Source: Acidimicrobiia bacterium (GTDB lineage Bacteria > Actinomycetota > Acidimicrobiia > IMCC26256 > PALSA-610). From it: a DNA stretch of 64,000 nt. This document shows positions 27,001 to 34,975 of the stretch, in pieces (the stretch's first letter is position 1; each line of letters begins with the position of its first letter). The stretch covers positions 7,316 to 71,315 of the forward strand of contig JADGOO010000060.1 of NCBI GenBank assembly GCA_017882905.1, written 5' to 3'. The notes under the pieces are model-generated. The model was given only the letters and a program-made list of their open reading frames with translations, searched no databases and was not told the origin of the DNA. Made by a program: the position numbers and the translations under genes.

Positions 27001-27392
27001 GTGGTGGCGTTCGATACCGCACACGCCGGGGCGACGCAGCTGAAGCCCGCGATGACCTTCCGATTCGGTGTCTCCACGGCCGACAGCGCGGTGACGGGAC
27101 CGGTACCCGCGAGCGGCGAGCGCAGGACCACGCGGCCGACGTCGAGCGCGCGCCCGTCGAAGCGCAGGTTGGCCTGCAGTGCACCGAGCGAGTGTGCGCC
27201 GTCGACGACGACGTGCAGGGTGATCAGCTGGCCGGCGACCACGTGGGCCGGTGCAACGAGTCGCAGCGCCGGCGCGCGGGTCGAGGCGCCGAGCGGCGCG
27301 GCCGCCAGTCCGGCCACGGGCAGTGCGGCGATCAGCGCGACCGCGCTACCGAGTGCAATCCGTCGAGCGAGCGAAGTCGCCGTACGCGTCAT
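24027..27392 (-). CDS. Large secreted multidomain protein: signal peptide, cohesin-like, dockerin-like EF-hand pair, CSLREA-like segment, parallel beta-helix repeats, PKD domain, C-terminal lectin-like domain
   Basis: MTRTATSLARRIALGSAVALIAALPVAGLAA signal peptide. DLTRDGRVTFADA and DVNGDGCITIADL (dockerin-type Ca loops). QCTLRAAIQEAN. Many NxxxGIxI beta-helix turns (NTIRGLVM, NTVVGNMIG, NNIQNNITG, ITDNVIANNGKGGILI). The PKD signature is YAWDFGDGSTATGSTTNHAYATAGTFTVTLTVTDNDGG. Confidence 0.85.
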   Translation of the reverse strand: MTRTATSLARRIALGSAVALIAALPVAGLAAAPLGASTRAPALRLVAPAHVVAGQLITLHVVVDGAHSLGALQANLRFDGRALDVGRVVLRSPLAGTGPVTALSAVETPNRKVIAGFSCVAPACAVSNATTADGSSVATIDVEVLRPGRVEVRLDGGLLVDRSGAVIAHTGASSVVLDVAGSSHVWRAPHGPELAARTHRRGDSPDLTRDGRVTFADAMGMERSFLRGADDDVACAAPEAGTDVNGDGCITIADLQTASARATATTTAVLAASPPVTFTVNSNADGGDVAADGICQTSVAGQCTLRAAIQEANRATGPATIAFNIAGAGIHTITPATTLPQLNDVNGGITIDGFTEPGSVPNSDPLADNAVYGIELKGTGESRIDGLFMASASNTIRGLVMDNWRRAIWINGGSTNTVVGNMIGLTPSGGLIPGFAYVPQSSCIVLQGGAQSNQIGAAGAANRNVVSGCGHIGIATYEWPTKNNNIQNNITGLDPTGTQARGSKSHGIDINTGTQFTMIGGTDPLLRNVSSGNVQEGIEISHNPLTQHNSIIGNFVGTDLTGNNAPAYAKNLTIGIRLEGNPDCNNQPCPGDEGFMTITDNVIANNGKGGILIDKGVHDSVVARNKIGVTANGAAAGNGGFGVMIQAGAVRITVGPANEIANNTSGIQLMALGTSPANSAETLTDQDTFTQNSIHNNGVNGVAALGIDLAPFGAVNTAANSDANVNDAMLAPVLSSPTKTTINAQTCASCVVELFLSDQGAGAIGSGVTYLSSASADSTGFAQVTVPASALGHAVTATATNTAGSTSEFARNVNIPSSNPNNIPPVARFTGSCNGLLCSFDGTTSSDADGTVVGYAWDFGDGSTATGSTTNHAYATAGTFTVTLTVTDNDGGTNAVSHSASPQSNGTVALDTFSRSTASGWGTADLGGAYTLQGTAADFTTASGRGNMTIHTAASGHAATLLGTSVLNTDEVVDTGTSLAPAGGTWGQVSYLTARRTAANTEYRLRLRFPPTGGVKLSIVKVVGNTTEVQIGNEVTVAGLSYTANQAYTIRFRVTGTNPTTLAGKVWLAGTTEPASFNLTVTDTTAQLQAAGSDGVRTFLGGSSTNTPVFFFDNLSVTDLG

Positions 27393-27615
27393 GAAGCAGG
27401 TTCCCTTTCGTGGGCGTCGACACGGCGATGCACCGTCTCGACGCGCTCCTCGGTCGCCGGCGCCGGCCCGCAGCGACCCTTCCCACCAGTCAGCCAGATC
27501 CACCACGTTACGCGCGCACTCCACGCGCGCTCGCGCGGCCCGCGTGCATCAGCGCGCCAACGAGACCATCGTCGCACCACGCGTCGCGACGTTTGCCTCG
27601 ACGCCTGAGGTTCCT

Positions 27616-27650
27616 GATGCTGATGTTGTTGATGCTGATGTTGTTGATGA
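27616..27650. repeat. 15-bp direct tandem repeat (2.3 copies) in the 349-bp divergent intergenic region
   Basis: GATGCTGATGTTGTT occurs at 27616-27630 and 27631-27645, followed by a partial GATGA. This gives five TGATG pentamers. The segment is locally AT-rich relative to the window. Confidence 0.9.
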
Positions 27651-27741
27651 CATTCGAGACGTCTTGAGTTGTCTGGTCAACTGTGCTCGCACCGCGACAT
27701 CGTGCGACGATCCCACGGCAGCGAAGTCAGGACCGAGACCG

Positions 27742-29823
27742 ATGACCGAGACCAACGCCGGCGAGGTGCGGTCGTACTGCCGGATCTGCGCGGCGGCATG
27801 CGGCATCGTCGTCCAGGTCGACGGCAACCGCGTGCTGCAGGTGCGCGGCGACGCGCAGCATCCGGAATCGGCGGGCTACACGTGCCCGAAGGGACGCGCC
27901 CTGCCGCAGCTGCACCACCACCCCGAGCGCCTCGACGCGCCGCGCATCGGCACGCAGACGAGCTCGTGGCCGACCGTGCTCGACGACCTCGCCGCGCGTC
28001 TCGCTCGCGTGGTCGACGAGCACGGGCCGCACGCCGTCGGCGCCTACTTCGGAACGGGCCTCGCGTACGACACGGCCGGATGGGCCGCGGCGAACGCATG
28101 GCTCGCCGCGATCGGATCGCGCCGGCTCTTCACGCCGGCCACCGTCGACAACGCGCCGGTGCTCGCCGCGGCCGAGATCGTGGCCGGTCACCCTCAGGCG
28201 AACCCTGTGTGCGACTTCGAGCGGGCTCGGCTCGTGCTCGTCGTCGGCTCGAACCCGATCGTGTCGCACGGGTACGGGACGGCGATGCCCGACCCGGTGC
28301 GGCGGCTGCGTGCCGTGCAAGCGCACGGCGGGCGCGTGTGGGTGCTCGACCCGTTGCGCACCGAGACCGCCGCCGCGGCCGACGGGCACCTGATGGTCCG
28401 GCCGGGAAGCGACGCCGTGACGCTCGCCTGGCTGCTGAGCGAACGGCTCGCCGCCGGGCTTTCGCACCACGCGACCGCCGTGACCGAACCGCAGGCCCGT
28501 GACCGCCTCGCCGATGCCGTGCACCCGTTCACACTCGACCGCGTACGCGACGCCACGGGCGTAGACGTCGAGCAGCTCGTCGCGCTGCGCGACGCGGTGA
28601 TCGCCGCCGACGGCGCGCTCGCCTTGTGGTGCGGCACCGGGGTCACCATGGGACGCGACGGTCTCGTCGCGGAGCTTCTGCGCTGGGCGCTGCTCGCGTT
28701 GAGCAGCTCGCTCGACACGGCCGACGGCATGCACTTCCACCGCGGCACGCTCTTGGCGATCCGGCGACTTCGGAGCGCGACCGCCGCCGACGCGGACACC
28801 GCGCCCACCGCGCCCGCGGGCCGGCCGGAGCTGCGGCATTGGCTCGGCCAAGATCCGTGCGTCGCGCTGGTCGATGAGATCGAGGCCGGCGCAGTGCGCG
28901 CGCTCGTGGTGGCCGGTGCGAACCCCATCACCGCGTTCCCGCAGCCCGACGCGACGCGCCGCGCGCTCGCGCGCCTCGACACGCTCGGCGTCGCCGACGT
29001 GACCGACAACGAGCTGACGCGCGCCGCGACGCACGTGCTCGCGGTTGCCGGCCAGCTCGAACGCGCCGACGTGCCGATGCAGGAGCAAGTGCTCGCGCAC
29101 GCCGGGAGCCGCTTCACCCCCGCGGTGGTCGCGGTGGCACCGGAGCGCCGACCGGCATGGTGGGTGTTCGCGCAGCTCGCCCACCGCATGACCGGCCGTG
29201 ATCTCTTCGGCCACAGTGCCGACGAGCTCACCGACACCGACGTGCTGGCGCTCGTGGCGCGCCGAAACCGCGACGACTTCGACGCGGCGCTTGCCGCCGG
29301 TCCACACGGAGTGCGCAAGCCCACCGAGATCGGCTGGGTGCGCGATGAGCTCCGCGACGGCGCGCCGTGGGCAATCGCGCCCGACGTGTTGCTCGCCCGA
29401 CTCGCGGAGCTCGACACGCGGTCGCAGGGCCGCCCGAACGAGGCACGCCCCGGCGAGCTTCGCCTCGTGCCGCGGCGCCGCATGAGGGCGAACAACTCGG
29501 TTTCCGATCCCGTCGACCCCGAGCGCGAGCCGCTGATCGTGATCCATCCCGACGACGCACGAGAGGCCGGCGTCACCAACGGCGACACGGTCGTGGTCAC
29601 GAGCGCGCACGGCCACACGTCGGGCGTGGCGCGCGTCGACGACAAGGTGCGGGCCGGCGTCGTGTCGATGAGCCACGGCGACGCGGCGTGCAGCCCCGGT
29701 GCGCTCGTGAGCGCGCACGACGAGATCGACGAGCTCACCGGCATGCCGATCGCGTCGGGCGTGTCGGTGCGACTGAGCGGCGCTATGCGTGCTTCGCGAT
29801 CGACGCCCGTCTCCCCGACGTGA
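27742..29823 (+). CDS. Molybdopterin-dependent oxidoreductase (MopB superfamily, stand-alone catalytic subunit with N-terminal 4Fe-4S motif)
   Basis: CRICAAACGIVVQV...YTCPKG (CX2CX3C...C). C-terminal molybdopterin dinucleotide-binding barrel IVIHPDDAREAGVTNGDTVVVTSAHGHTSGVARV. ATG at 27742 is chosen; the upstream part of ORF 26800..29823 is antisense or intergenic. Confidence 0.85.
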   Translation: MTETNAGEVRSYCRICAAACGIVVQVDGNRVLQVRGDAQHPESAGYTCPKGRALPQLHHHPERLDAPRIGTQTSSWPTVLDDLAARLARVVDEHGPHAVGAYFGTGLAYDTAGWAAANAWLAAIGSRRLFTPATVDNAPVLAAAEIVAGHPQANPVCDFERARLVLVVGSNPIVSHGYGTAMPDPVRRLRAVQAHGGRVWVLDPLRTETAAAADGHLMVRPGSDAVTLAWLLSERLAAGLSHHATAVTEPQARDRLADAVHPFTLDRVRDATGVDVEQLVALRDAVIAADGALALWCGTGVTMGRDGLVAELLRWALLALSSSLDTADGMHFHRGTLLAIRRLRSATAADADTAPTAPAGRPELRHWLGQDPCVALVDEIEAGAVRALVVAGANPITAFPQPDATRRALARLDTLGVADVTDNELTRAATHVLAVAGQLERADVPMQEQVLAHAGSRFTPAVVAVAPERRPAWWVFAQLAHRMTGRDLFGHSADELTDTDVLALVARRNRDDFDAALAAGPHGVRKPTEIGWVRDELRDGAPWAIAPDVLLARLAELDTRSQGRPNEARPGELRLVPRRRMRANNSVSDPVDPEREPLIVIHPDDAREAGVTNGDTVVVTSAHGHTSGVARVDDKVRAGVVSMSHGDAACSPGALVSAHDEIDELTGMPIASGVSVRLSGAMRASRSTPVSPT

Positions 29824-30262
29824 GCGCGAGCAGATCGTCGGGCGCGATCTCGATCTCGAGCCCGCGCCGCCCCGCGCTGCAGAACACGGTGTCGTGGTCG
29901 AACGCGGAGTCGTCGATCACTGTCAACAGCGCGCGCTTCTGGCCGAGCGGGCTGATCGCGCCGAGCAGGTATCCGGTGGTGCGCTCCGCGCGTGCCGGGT
30001 CGGCCATCTCCACCCGCTTCGTGCCGACGGCCGCCGCCGCGGCCTTCAGGTCGAGCGTGGCCGCCACGGGCACCACGCACACCCCGAGCTCACGGTCCCA
30101 CGCCGTGATGAGTGTCTTGAACACCCGCGTCGGATCGACTCTGAGCGCGCCGGCGGCCTCTTGACCGAACGAGCGCACCGACGGGTCGTGCTCGTACTCG
30201 TGTACGCGATGTTCGGTGCCGGCGCGCGCCAACGCTACGAGTGCCGGGGTCGCGGCCTTCAT
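29783..30262 (-). CDS. ybaK: Cys-tRNA(Pro)/Cys-tRNA(Cys) deacylase, YbaK/EbsC family
   Basis: MKAATPALVALARAGTEHRVHEYEHDP..., VFKTLI, and GYLLGAISPLGQKR. Confidence 0.85.
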   Translation of the reverse strand: MKAATPALVALARAGTEHRVHEYEHDPSVRSFGQEAAGALRVDPTRVFKTLITAWDRELGVCVVPVAATLDLKAAAAAVGTKRVEMADPARAERTTGYLLGAISPLGQKRALLTVIDDSAFDHDTVFCSAGRRGLEIEIAPDDLLALTSGRRASIAKHA

Positions 30263-30305
30263 CGCCGACTGCCGCACGGTGAGCGCGACGGCAACCGCGG
30301 GAGGG

Positions 30306-31115
30306 TCACTTCCACCACTCGGGACGATCACCGCTCCGGCTCGCCCATCGCGGTGGTCGCCGTTCGCGCCACGCGGCGACGCCTTCGCGAGAGTCGGGCT
30401 GTGCCGCCAGCCAATCGAACATCCGCAGCTCGGCGCGCCGGACATCGGCGTGCGTCGCGTCGAGCGAGCGCCACAGCAGCTCCTTCACCATCGCGGCGGC
30501 AGCGGGCGAGCACTGCTCGGCGATCTCGTGCGCATAGTCGAGCGCCGCAGGCAGCACGTCGGCCGCATCGAACGCGCGCGACGCCAGCCCCATTGCCGCA
30601 GCGTCGGAACCGCTGAAGGTGCGGCCCGAGATCAGCAGGTCGGCGGCGTTCGAGAAACCCACCACGCGAGGCAGCACGAAGTGCGACCCGAGCTCGGGGG
30701 CCACGCCGCGGCGCGTGAAGGCGAACGCGAGCTTCGCGTCGGCCGCCACGAAGCGAACATCACACTGCAAGGGGTACGTGAGGCCGATGCCGATGGCATG
30801 GCCGTTGATCGCGGCGACCACGGGCTTGCGCACCTCGTGCGGTTCGCGTCCGGCCCGGCGCGGCTCGCCCGACGGCGCCTCCCACGCGTGGTCACCGCCC
30901 GAAAGGTCGCTTCCGGCGCAGAACGCCGGCGGCTCGCCCGTGAGCACCACCACCCGCACGTCGTCGTCGGCATCGGCGCCCGCCATCGCGTCGGCGAGCT
31001 CCACGTGCATGCGCCACGTCATGGCGTTGCGTTGCGGTGCACGATCGAGCGTGATCACCCGAACGGGCCCGACATCGCGCAATCGGATCTGCTCGTAGGC
31101 CGGTTCGGCGGTCAT
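30306..31115 (-). CDS. Enoyl-CoA hydratase/isomerase (crotonase) family protein
   Basis: VRVITLDRAPQRNAM...VRVVVLTGEPPAFCAGSDL...KPVVAAINGHAIGIGL. Confidence 0.9.
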   Translation of the reverse strand: MTAEPAYEQIRLRDVGPVRVITLDRAPQRNAMTWRMHVELADAMAGADADDDVRVVVLTGEPPAFCAGSDLSGGDHAWEAPSGEPRRAGREPHEVRKPVVAAINGHAIGIGLTYPLQCDVRFVAADAKLAFAFTRRGVAPELGSHFVLPRVVGFSNAADLLISGRTFSGSDAAAMGLASRAFDAADVLPAALDYAHEIAEQCSPAAAAMVKELLWRSLDATHADVRRAELRMFDWLAAQPDSREGVAAWRERRPPRWASRSGDRPEWWK

Positions 31116-31215
31116 CACACCGTCTCGCGTCGCGTGGCGCAGCGGTCGAGTGCACAGCTCAGCACGCGCGCACCGTAGCGGGCGCCGTCGCGGCGCGCCT
31201 CGGCGCTTGGCTACC

Positions 31216-32241
31216 GTGGCCGTCCTGACTTCCGAACCCTTCACGATCATCAGCGGTCCGCACGACCCGTGCACCTCCACTCCGCCGCGGGCGGCCCGTT
31301 CCGTGCGCCGTACCACCTCGATCGACACATCGCGTCCCGACGGGCTGCTCGGGCGGCTTGTGCTGGCCGGCCGCGCGCGCGACCTCGTGACCGACGCCGA
31401 TGGCGATGCCGTCGTGGCCGCCGAAGCCGCGATGGAGCTGCGCGCCGATGTGCTGCGATCCCTCACGGGCATCGACACCACGCCGGACATCGCCGGGCTG
31501 CAGTCGCTGCTCGGCGCCACGGTCGGCCCGGGCTTCCGATCCCGCCTCGACGCCGTCGCGCCCACTTTGGCGCTCGTCGCGAATCCGCTCTATCTGCTCC
31601 TCGACGACGCGCCCGGCGCCGCGCTCGTCTCCGGATACGCGCTCCAACATGCCGGCGCGCTCGGCGACTCGCACATGACCGACGAGTTCCTTGCTGCGCA
31701 GGGCGACCTGTGCGCCGGATGGGCGAACGACGCCTCGATGATGCAGGCGATCCGCGTCACCGGGCGCAATCCGGTGGTGCGCGGACCGGTCGCGCCGCAG
31801 CTGGAGCGCGCCGACGACCCGTGGTCGTGGCCCGCCCTCCCCACACTCGTCGGCCACTCCACCCGCCGCCGGCGGCGGATCGATCTCATCGCACCCATGC
31901 CGGGCGGCGACGGGCTGCACCGCGTCGATGTGCACTTCCGCGACTCGCACATGAGCGCGGCGGGCGTGGAGACCGTGGTGCACGAGTACGCCGTGCGGGC
32001 CACCGTCGATGCCGACACGCGCACGATCGTCGCCATCGACGCCACGGCGCACGTGCTGCCGTGGGTGGAATGCCCGTCGGCCGTGGCCAGTGCGCTGCGC
32101 TTGGCCGAAATGCCGATCGCGGGCCTGCGTAAGCACGTGCGCTCCACGTTCCGCGGCACCACGACATGCACGCACCTCAACGACGTGCTGCGCGGCCTCG
32201 CCGACGTGGATCAGCTGCTCGATCTCGTACCGGCCACCTGA
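31216..32241 (+). CDS. DUF2889 domain-containing protein
   Basis: RRRRRIDLIAP...HRVDVHFRDSH...VHEYAVRATVDADTRTIVAIDATAHVLPWVECPSA...CTHLNDVLRGL. Start at GTG 31216 is inferred (ORF track gives 31150). Confidence 0.7.
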   Translation: MAVLTSEPFTIISGPHDPCTSTPPRAARSVRRTTSIDTSRPDGLLGRLVLAGRARDLVTDADGDAVVAAEAAMELRADVLRSLTGIDTTPDIAGLQSLLGATVGPGFRSRLDAVAPTLALVANPLYLLLDDAPGAALVSGYALQHAGALGDSHMTDEFLAAQGDLCAGWANDASMMQAIRVTGRNPVVRGPVAPQLERADDPWSWPALPTLVGHSTRRRRRIDLIAPMPGGDGLHRVDVHFRDSHMSAAGVETVVHEYAVRATVDADTRTIVAIDATAHVLPWVECPSAVASALRLAEMPIAGLRKHVRSTFRGTTTCTHLNDVLRGLADVDQLLDLVPAT

Positions 32242-32243
32242 TA

Positions 32244-33110
32244 TCAGACCGACATGTCGAGTGCGTCGGCCACCGCTTCGAGCGCACGGAGGTGGTCGTC
32301 GACGCTGGCGAAGCCCGCTCCCATCGTGCTCACCGACAGGTGCGTTGCGCCCTCGTCGCGCCATTCCTGCACCTCGGCGAGCAGTCGATCGAGACCGTCG
32401 GGACCCCACGCGACGCGGCCTTCCATGCCGATCGTCGACGGGTCGCGTCCGGCCGCGCGTGCCGCGTCGGCGACGATCCCCTTCGCGGCGTGCAGCTTCG
32501 GACCGAGCCATTGCGGGAACCAGCCATCGGCGAGCGCGCCCGCGCGGCGCAGCGCGGGCTCGGCCACAGCACCGAACCAGATCGGGATCGGGCGCTGGAT
32601 CGGCATCGGCAGGATGCCGGCGCCCGTCACGCGCTCGTGCTCGCCGTGGTGGGTGACCGTGGGCTGCGTCCAGAGCTCACGCATCAGCTCGACTTGCTCA
32701 CCGAGCCGCCGGCCGCGGTTGTTGAAGCTCTTGCCGAGCGCTTCGTACTCCACGGCGTTCCACCCGAGCCCGACGCCGAGCCGGAGGCGGCCGCCCGTGA
32801 GGAGGTCCACCTCGGCGGCCTGCTTCGCAACGAGCGCGGTCTGGCGTTGCGGCAGGATGATGATGCCGGTCACGAGCTCGACCTCGGTGAGCGCGGCGAT
32901 GTAGCCGAACATCACGAAGGGCTCGTGGAACGTGGTGTGCACGTCGTAGGGCCCGCGCCAACCTTCGTGGACGGCAGGATCTGCACCCACCACGTGGTCG
33001 TAGGCGAGCAGATGTTGGTAGCCGAGCTCCTCGATCCGCAATGCGTACGCGCGCACCGCGCCCCGGTCGCCACCGAGCTCCGTCTGCGGGAACACCACAC
33101 CGATGCGCAC
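32244..33110 (-). CDS. LLM-class F420-dependent oxidoreductase
   Basis: MRIGVVFPQTELGGD...LGYQHLLAYDHV...TGIIILPQRQTALVAKQAAEVDLLTGGRLRLGVGLGWN. Confidence 0.88.
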   Translation of the reverse strand: MRIGVVFPQTELGGDRGAVRAYALRIEELGYQHLLAYDHVVGADPAVHEGWRGPYDVHTTFHEPFVMFGYIAALTEVELVTGIIILPQRQTALVAKQAAEVDLLTGGRLRLGVGLGWNAVEYEALGKSFNNRGRRLGEQVELMRELWTQPTVTHHGEHERVTGAGILPMPIQRPIPIWFGAVAEPALRRAGALADGWFPQWLGPKLHAAKGIVADAARAAGRDPSTIGMEGRVAWGPDGLDRLLAEVQEWRDEGATHLSVSTMGAGFASVDDHLRALEAVADALDMSV

Positions 33111-33126
33111 GCCGGCTGTCTACCGC

Positions 33127-34098
33127 TTACCCGCGGGCGCCGGCGAGCGCCGCACGCCAGGGCTGCAGGTCGAGGTTCGGATACAGCGACGCAGTCGCGT
33201 CGAGGAGCGCGGCGTCCCAGACCGCGTGACCCGGCGGCGGGAAGCCGAACAGCTCGAGCTCGCGCGGTGTGCTGCCCTCGACGAACGCCACCCAGTGCGG
33301 CGACGTGGCGCGTGACTGGCTCGAGTGGTACCCGATCCATTCGTGCGCGGCGTGGCGATACGACACGTTGAGGAAGAAGCGTGCCGCGCCCGGCGCGGTG
33401 AGGTTCGTGCCGCGATGGAACACGTCGGGCCGGTAGGCGAGCAACGAGCCGCGCCGGCCGGGCGCCGCTCGCTCCGCGCCGTAGAGCTCGGGATCCTGGC
33501 GCGGCATGTACAGCGGCGCGGTCGGCGAGCGGCCGACGGAGTCGTGCGTCGACACGAGATGGGTCGGTGCGTTGCCCTCATCGACATCCACGAGATAGAG
33601 GAACGACTCCACGTGCCAGTACCGGCCGTCGTGGTGTGCGGGGAGCCACGAATGGTTGCGGTCGGTGTGCATGGGCTGTTCGTAGTTCGTGAGGCCGGCG
33701 TACTTGGCTGACAGCCCCGTTTGGTAGATGCGCAGATCGTCGCTGCGCAGCGCGCGCTCCATGAAGTCGACGATCGAAGGATGGGCGCACATCCGGTTGA
33801 GTGCGCGGCCGGGAAACGGGAACTGACCTTGCCAGATGTGCTGTTCGGGCCGGAACCCCGGGCCTTCGGGCGGCCAGGTGTAGAACGCGGGCGGCTCCGC
33901 GGGGTGGCCGATCCACCGGTTGGTCTCGCCTTCGGGGTCGGCGTGGTAGGCCTCGGCCGTCGGGAAGATCTCGGTGAGCTCCTGCGCGGCGGCGGCGATC
34001 TCGTCGCCGCCGACCAAGCCTTCGAGGAGCACCCAGCCGTGCTCACGCCACGTGTCGACCTCGTCATCACGCGCCCGGCGCGACTCCGCTTCGCTCAT
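33127..34098 (-). CDS. Phytanoyl-CoA dioxygenase (PhyH) family Fe(II)/2-oxoglutarate oxygenase
   Basis: MSEAESRRARDDEVDTWREHGWVLLEGLV...MHTDRNH...AYRPDVFHRG fits an HxD...H facial triad pattern. Start at ATG 34098; the ORF-track extension to 34752 is antisense to the SDR gene. Confidence 0.75.
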   Translation of the reverse strand: MSEAESRRARDDEVDTWREHGWVLLEGLVGGDEIAAAAQELTEIFPTAEAYHADPEGETNRWIGHPAEPPAFYTWPPEGPGFRPEQHIWQGQFPFPGRALNRMCAHPSIVDFMERALRSDDLRIYQTGLSAKYAGLTNYEQPMHTDRNHSWLPAHHDGRYWHVESFLYLVDVDEGNAPTHLVSTHDSVGRSPTAPLYMPRQDPELYGAERAAPGRRGSLLAYRPDVFHRGTNLTAPGAARFFLNVSYRHAAHEWIGYHSSQSRATSPHWVAFVEGSTPRELELFGFPPPGHAVWDAALLDATASLYPNLDLQPWRAALAGARG

Positions 34099-34136
34099 GG
34101 CGGAACAGTACCGAGCAGAACCGCGCCCGGCGTGCG

Positions 34137-34925
34137 CTACCAGGTGATGCCGAGCGTCGTGCGCATGGCCTGTTCGAACGACGCATCGTCGAGACGGCTG
34201 CGGCTCTTCAGGGACATCTCGGCGTCGCGGCCCACGGGCACGCGCAGCTGCTGCGCATCGGCGGTGATCGCCGACCAGATCGCCTCTCCCACGATCTCGG
34301 GCTGCGGCCGTCCACCTTCGCCGAGCAGCTTCGCGTCGAGCCCGCCGAGCTGCCGGCCGAGCTCGTCGTAGGGCGGCTCCATCCCCCACGCCGGGCTCGC
34401 CTTCATCCCTGGCGCGATGTAACCGGGCTCCACGATCACGACCCGAATGCCGAAGTGGGCCAGCTCGTAGTGCAACGACTCGCTCAACGCCTCGAGCGCG
34501 AACTTCGTCGCGGAGTACGAGCCTTCGAGCGGGAGCGCCACGCGGCCGTTCACAGAGCTGACGTTCACGATCACGCCGCTCTGCTTCCGGCGCATCACCG
34601 GCAGCACCGCTTGCACCATGCGCAGCACGCCGACCGTGTTCGTCTCGAGGCACGCGCGGAACCGCTCGATCGGGTAGTGCTCGAGCGGCCCCTTCTCCGA
34701 GATGGCCGCGTTGTTGACGAGCACGTCGACGTCGCCGGCCGCCGCCATGCACGCGGCCACCGATGCGTCGCTCGTCACATCGAGCGCGAGCCGCGCGTGC
34801 GCGGGTACCGCTTCGAGCAGCTCAGGCGTTCGCGCGGTGGCGACCACTTCGCAACCGTGGTCGTGGAGCACCTTGGCCGTCGCCGCCCCGATACCGCCCG
34901 CCGCTCCCGTGATCAACGCACGCAT
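34137..34925 (-). CDS. Short-chain dehydrogenase/reductase (SDR)
   Basis: MRALITGAAGGIGAA (TGxxxGxG), NNAA, and SYSATKFALE (YxxxK). Confidence 0.92.
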   Translation of the reverse strand: MRALITGAAGGIGAATAKVLHDHGCEVVATARTPELLEAVPAHARLALDVTSDASVAACMAAAGDVDVLVNNAAISEKGPLEHYPIERFRACLETNTVGVLRMVQAVLPVMRRKQSGVIVNVSSVNGRVALPLEGSYSATKFALEALSESLHYELAHFGIRVVIVEPGYIAPGMKASPAWGMEPPYDELGRQLGGLDAKLLGEGGRPQPEIVGEAIWSAITADAQQLRVPVGRDAEMSLKSRSRLDDASFEQAMRTTLGITW

Positions 34926-34975
34926 CGAGCGAATCGTACCGATGGCGCATCTGAGCCGCGACGTACGCTCGCTCG

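Noticed and set aside
27410-27667. 85-aa ORF ending in LMLMLLMLMLLMTFETS
   Set aside because: The striking Leu/Met run is just the translation of the 15-bp tandem DNA repeat. The rest of the ORF is Arg/Pro-rich and has no RBS, so I treated it as a DNA-level repeat and not a peptide.
27590-27741. RiPP-precursor-like reading (DADVVDADVVDDIRDVLSCLVNCARTATSCDD) in frame upstream of the molybdoenzyme start
   Set aside because: There is no start codon or RBS for a separate peptide and no stop before 27742. No lanthipeptide, thiopeptide or radical-SAM modifying enzymes are nearby. The acidic repeat again derives from the tandem DNA repeat.
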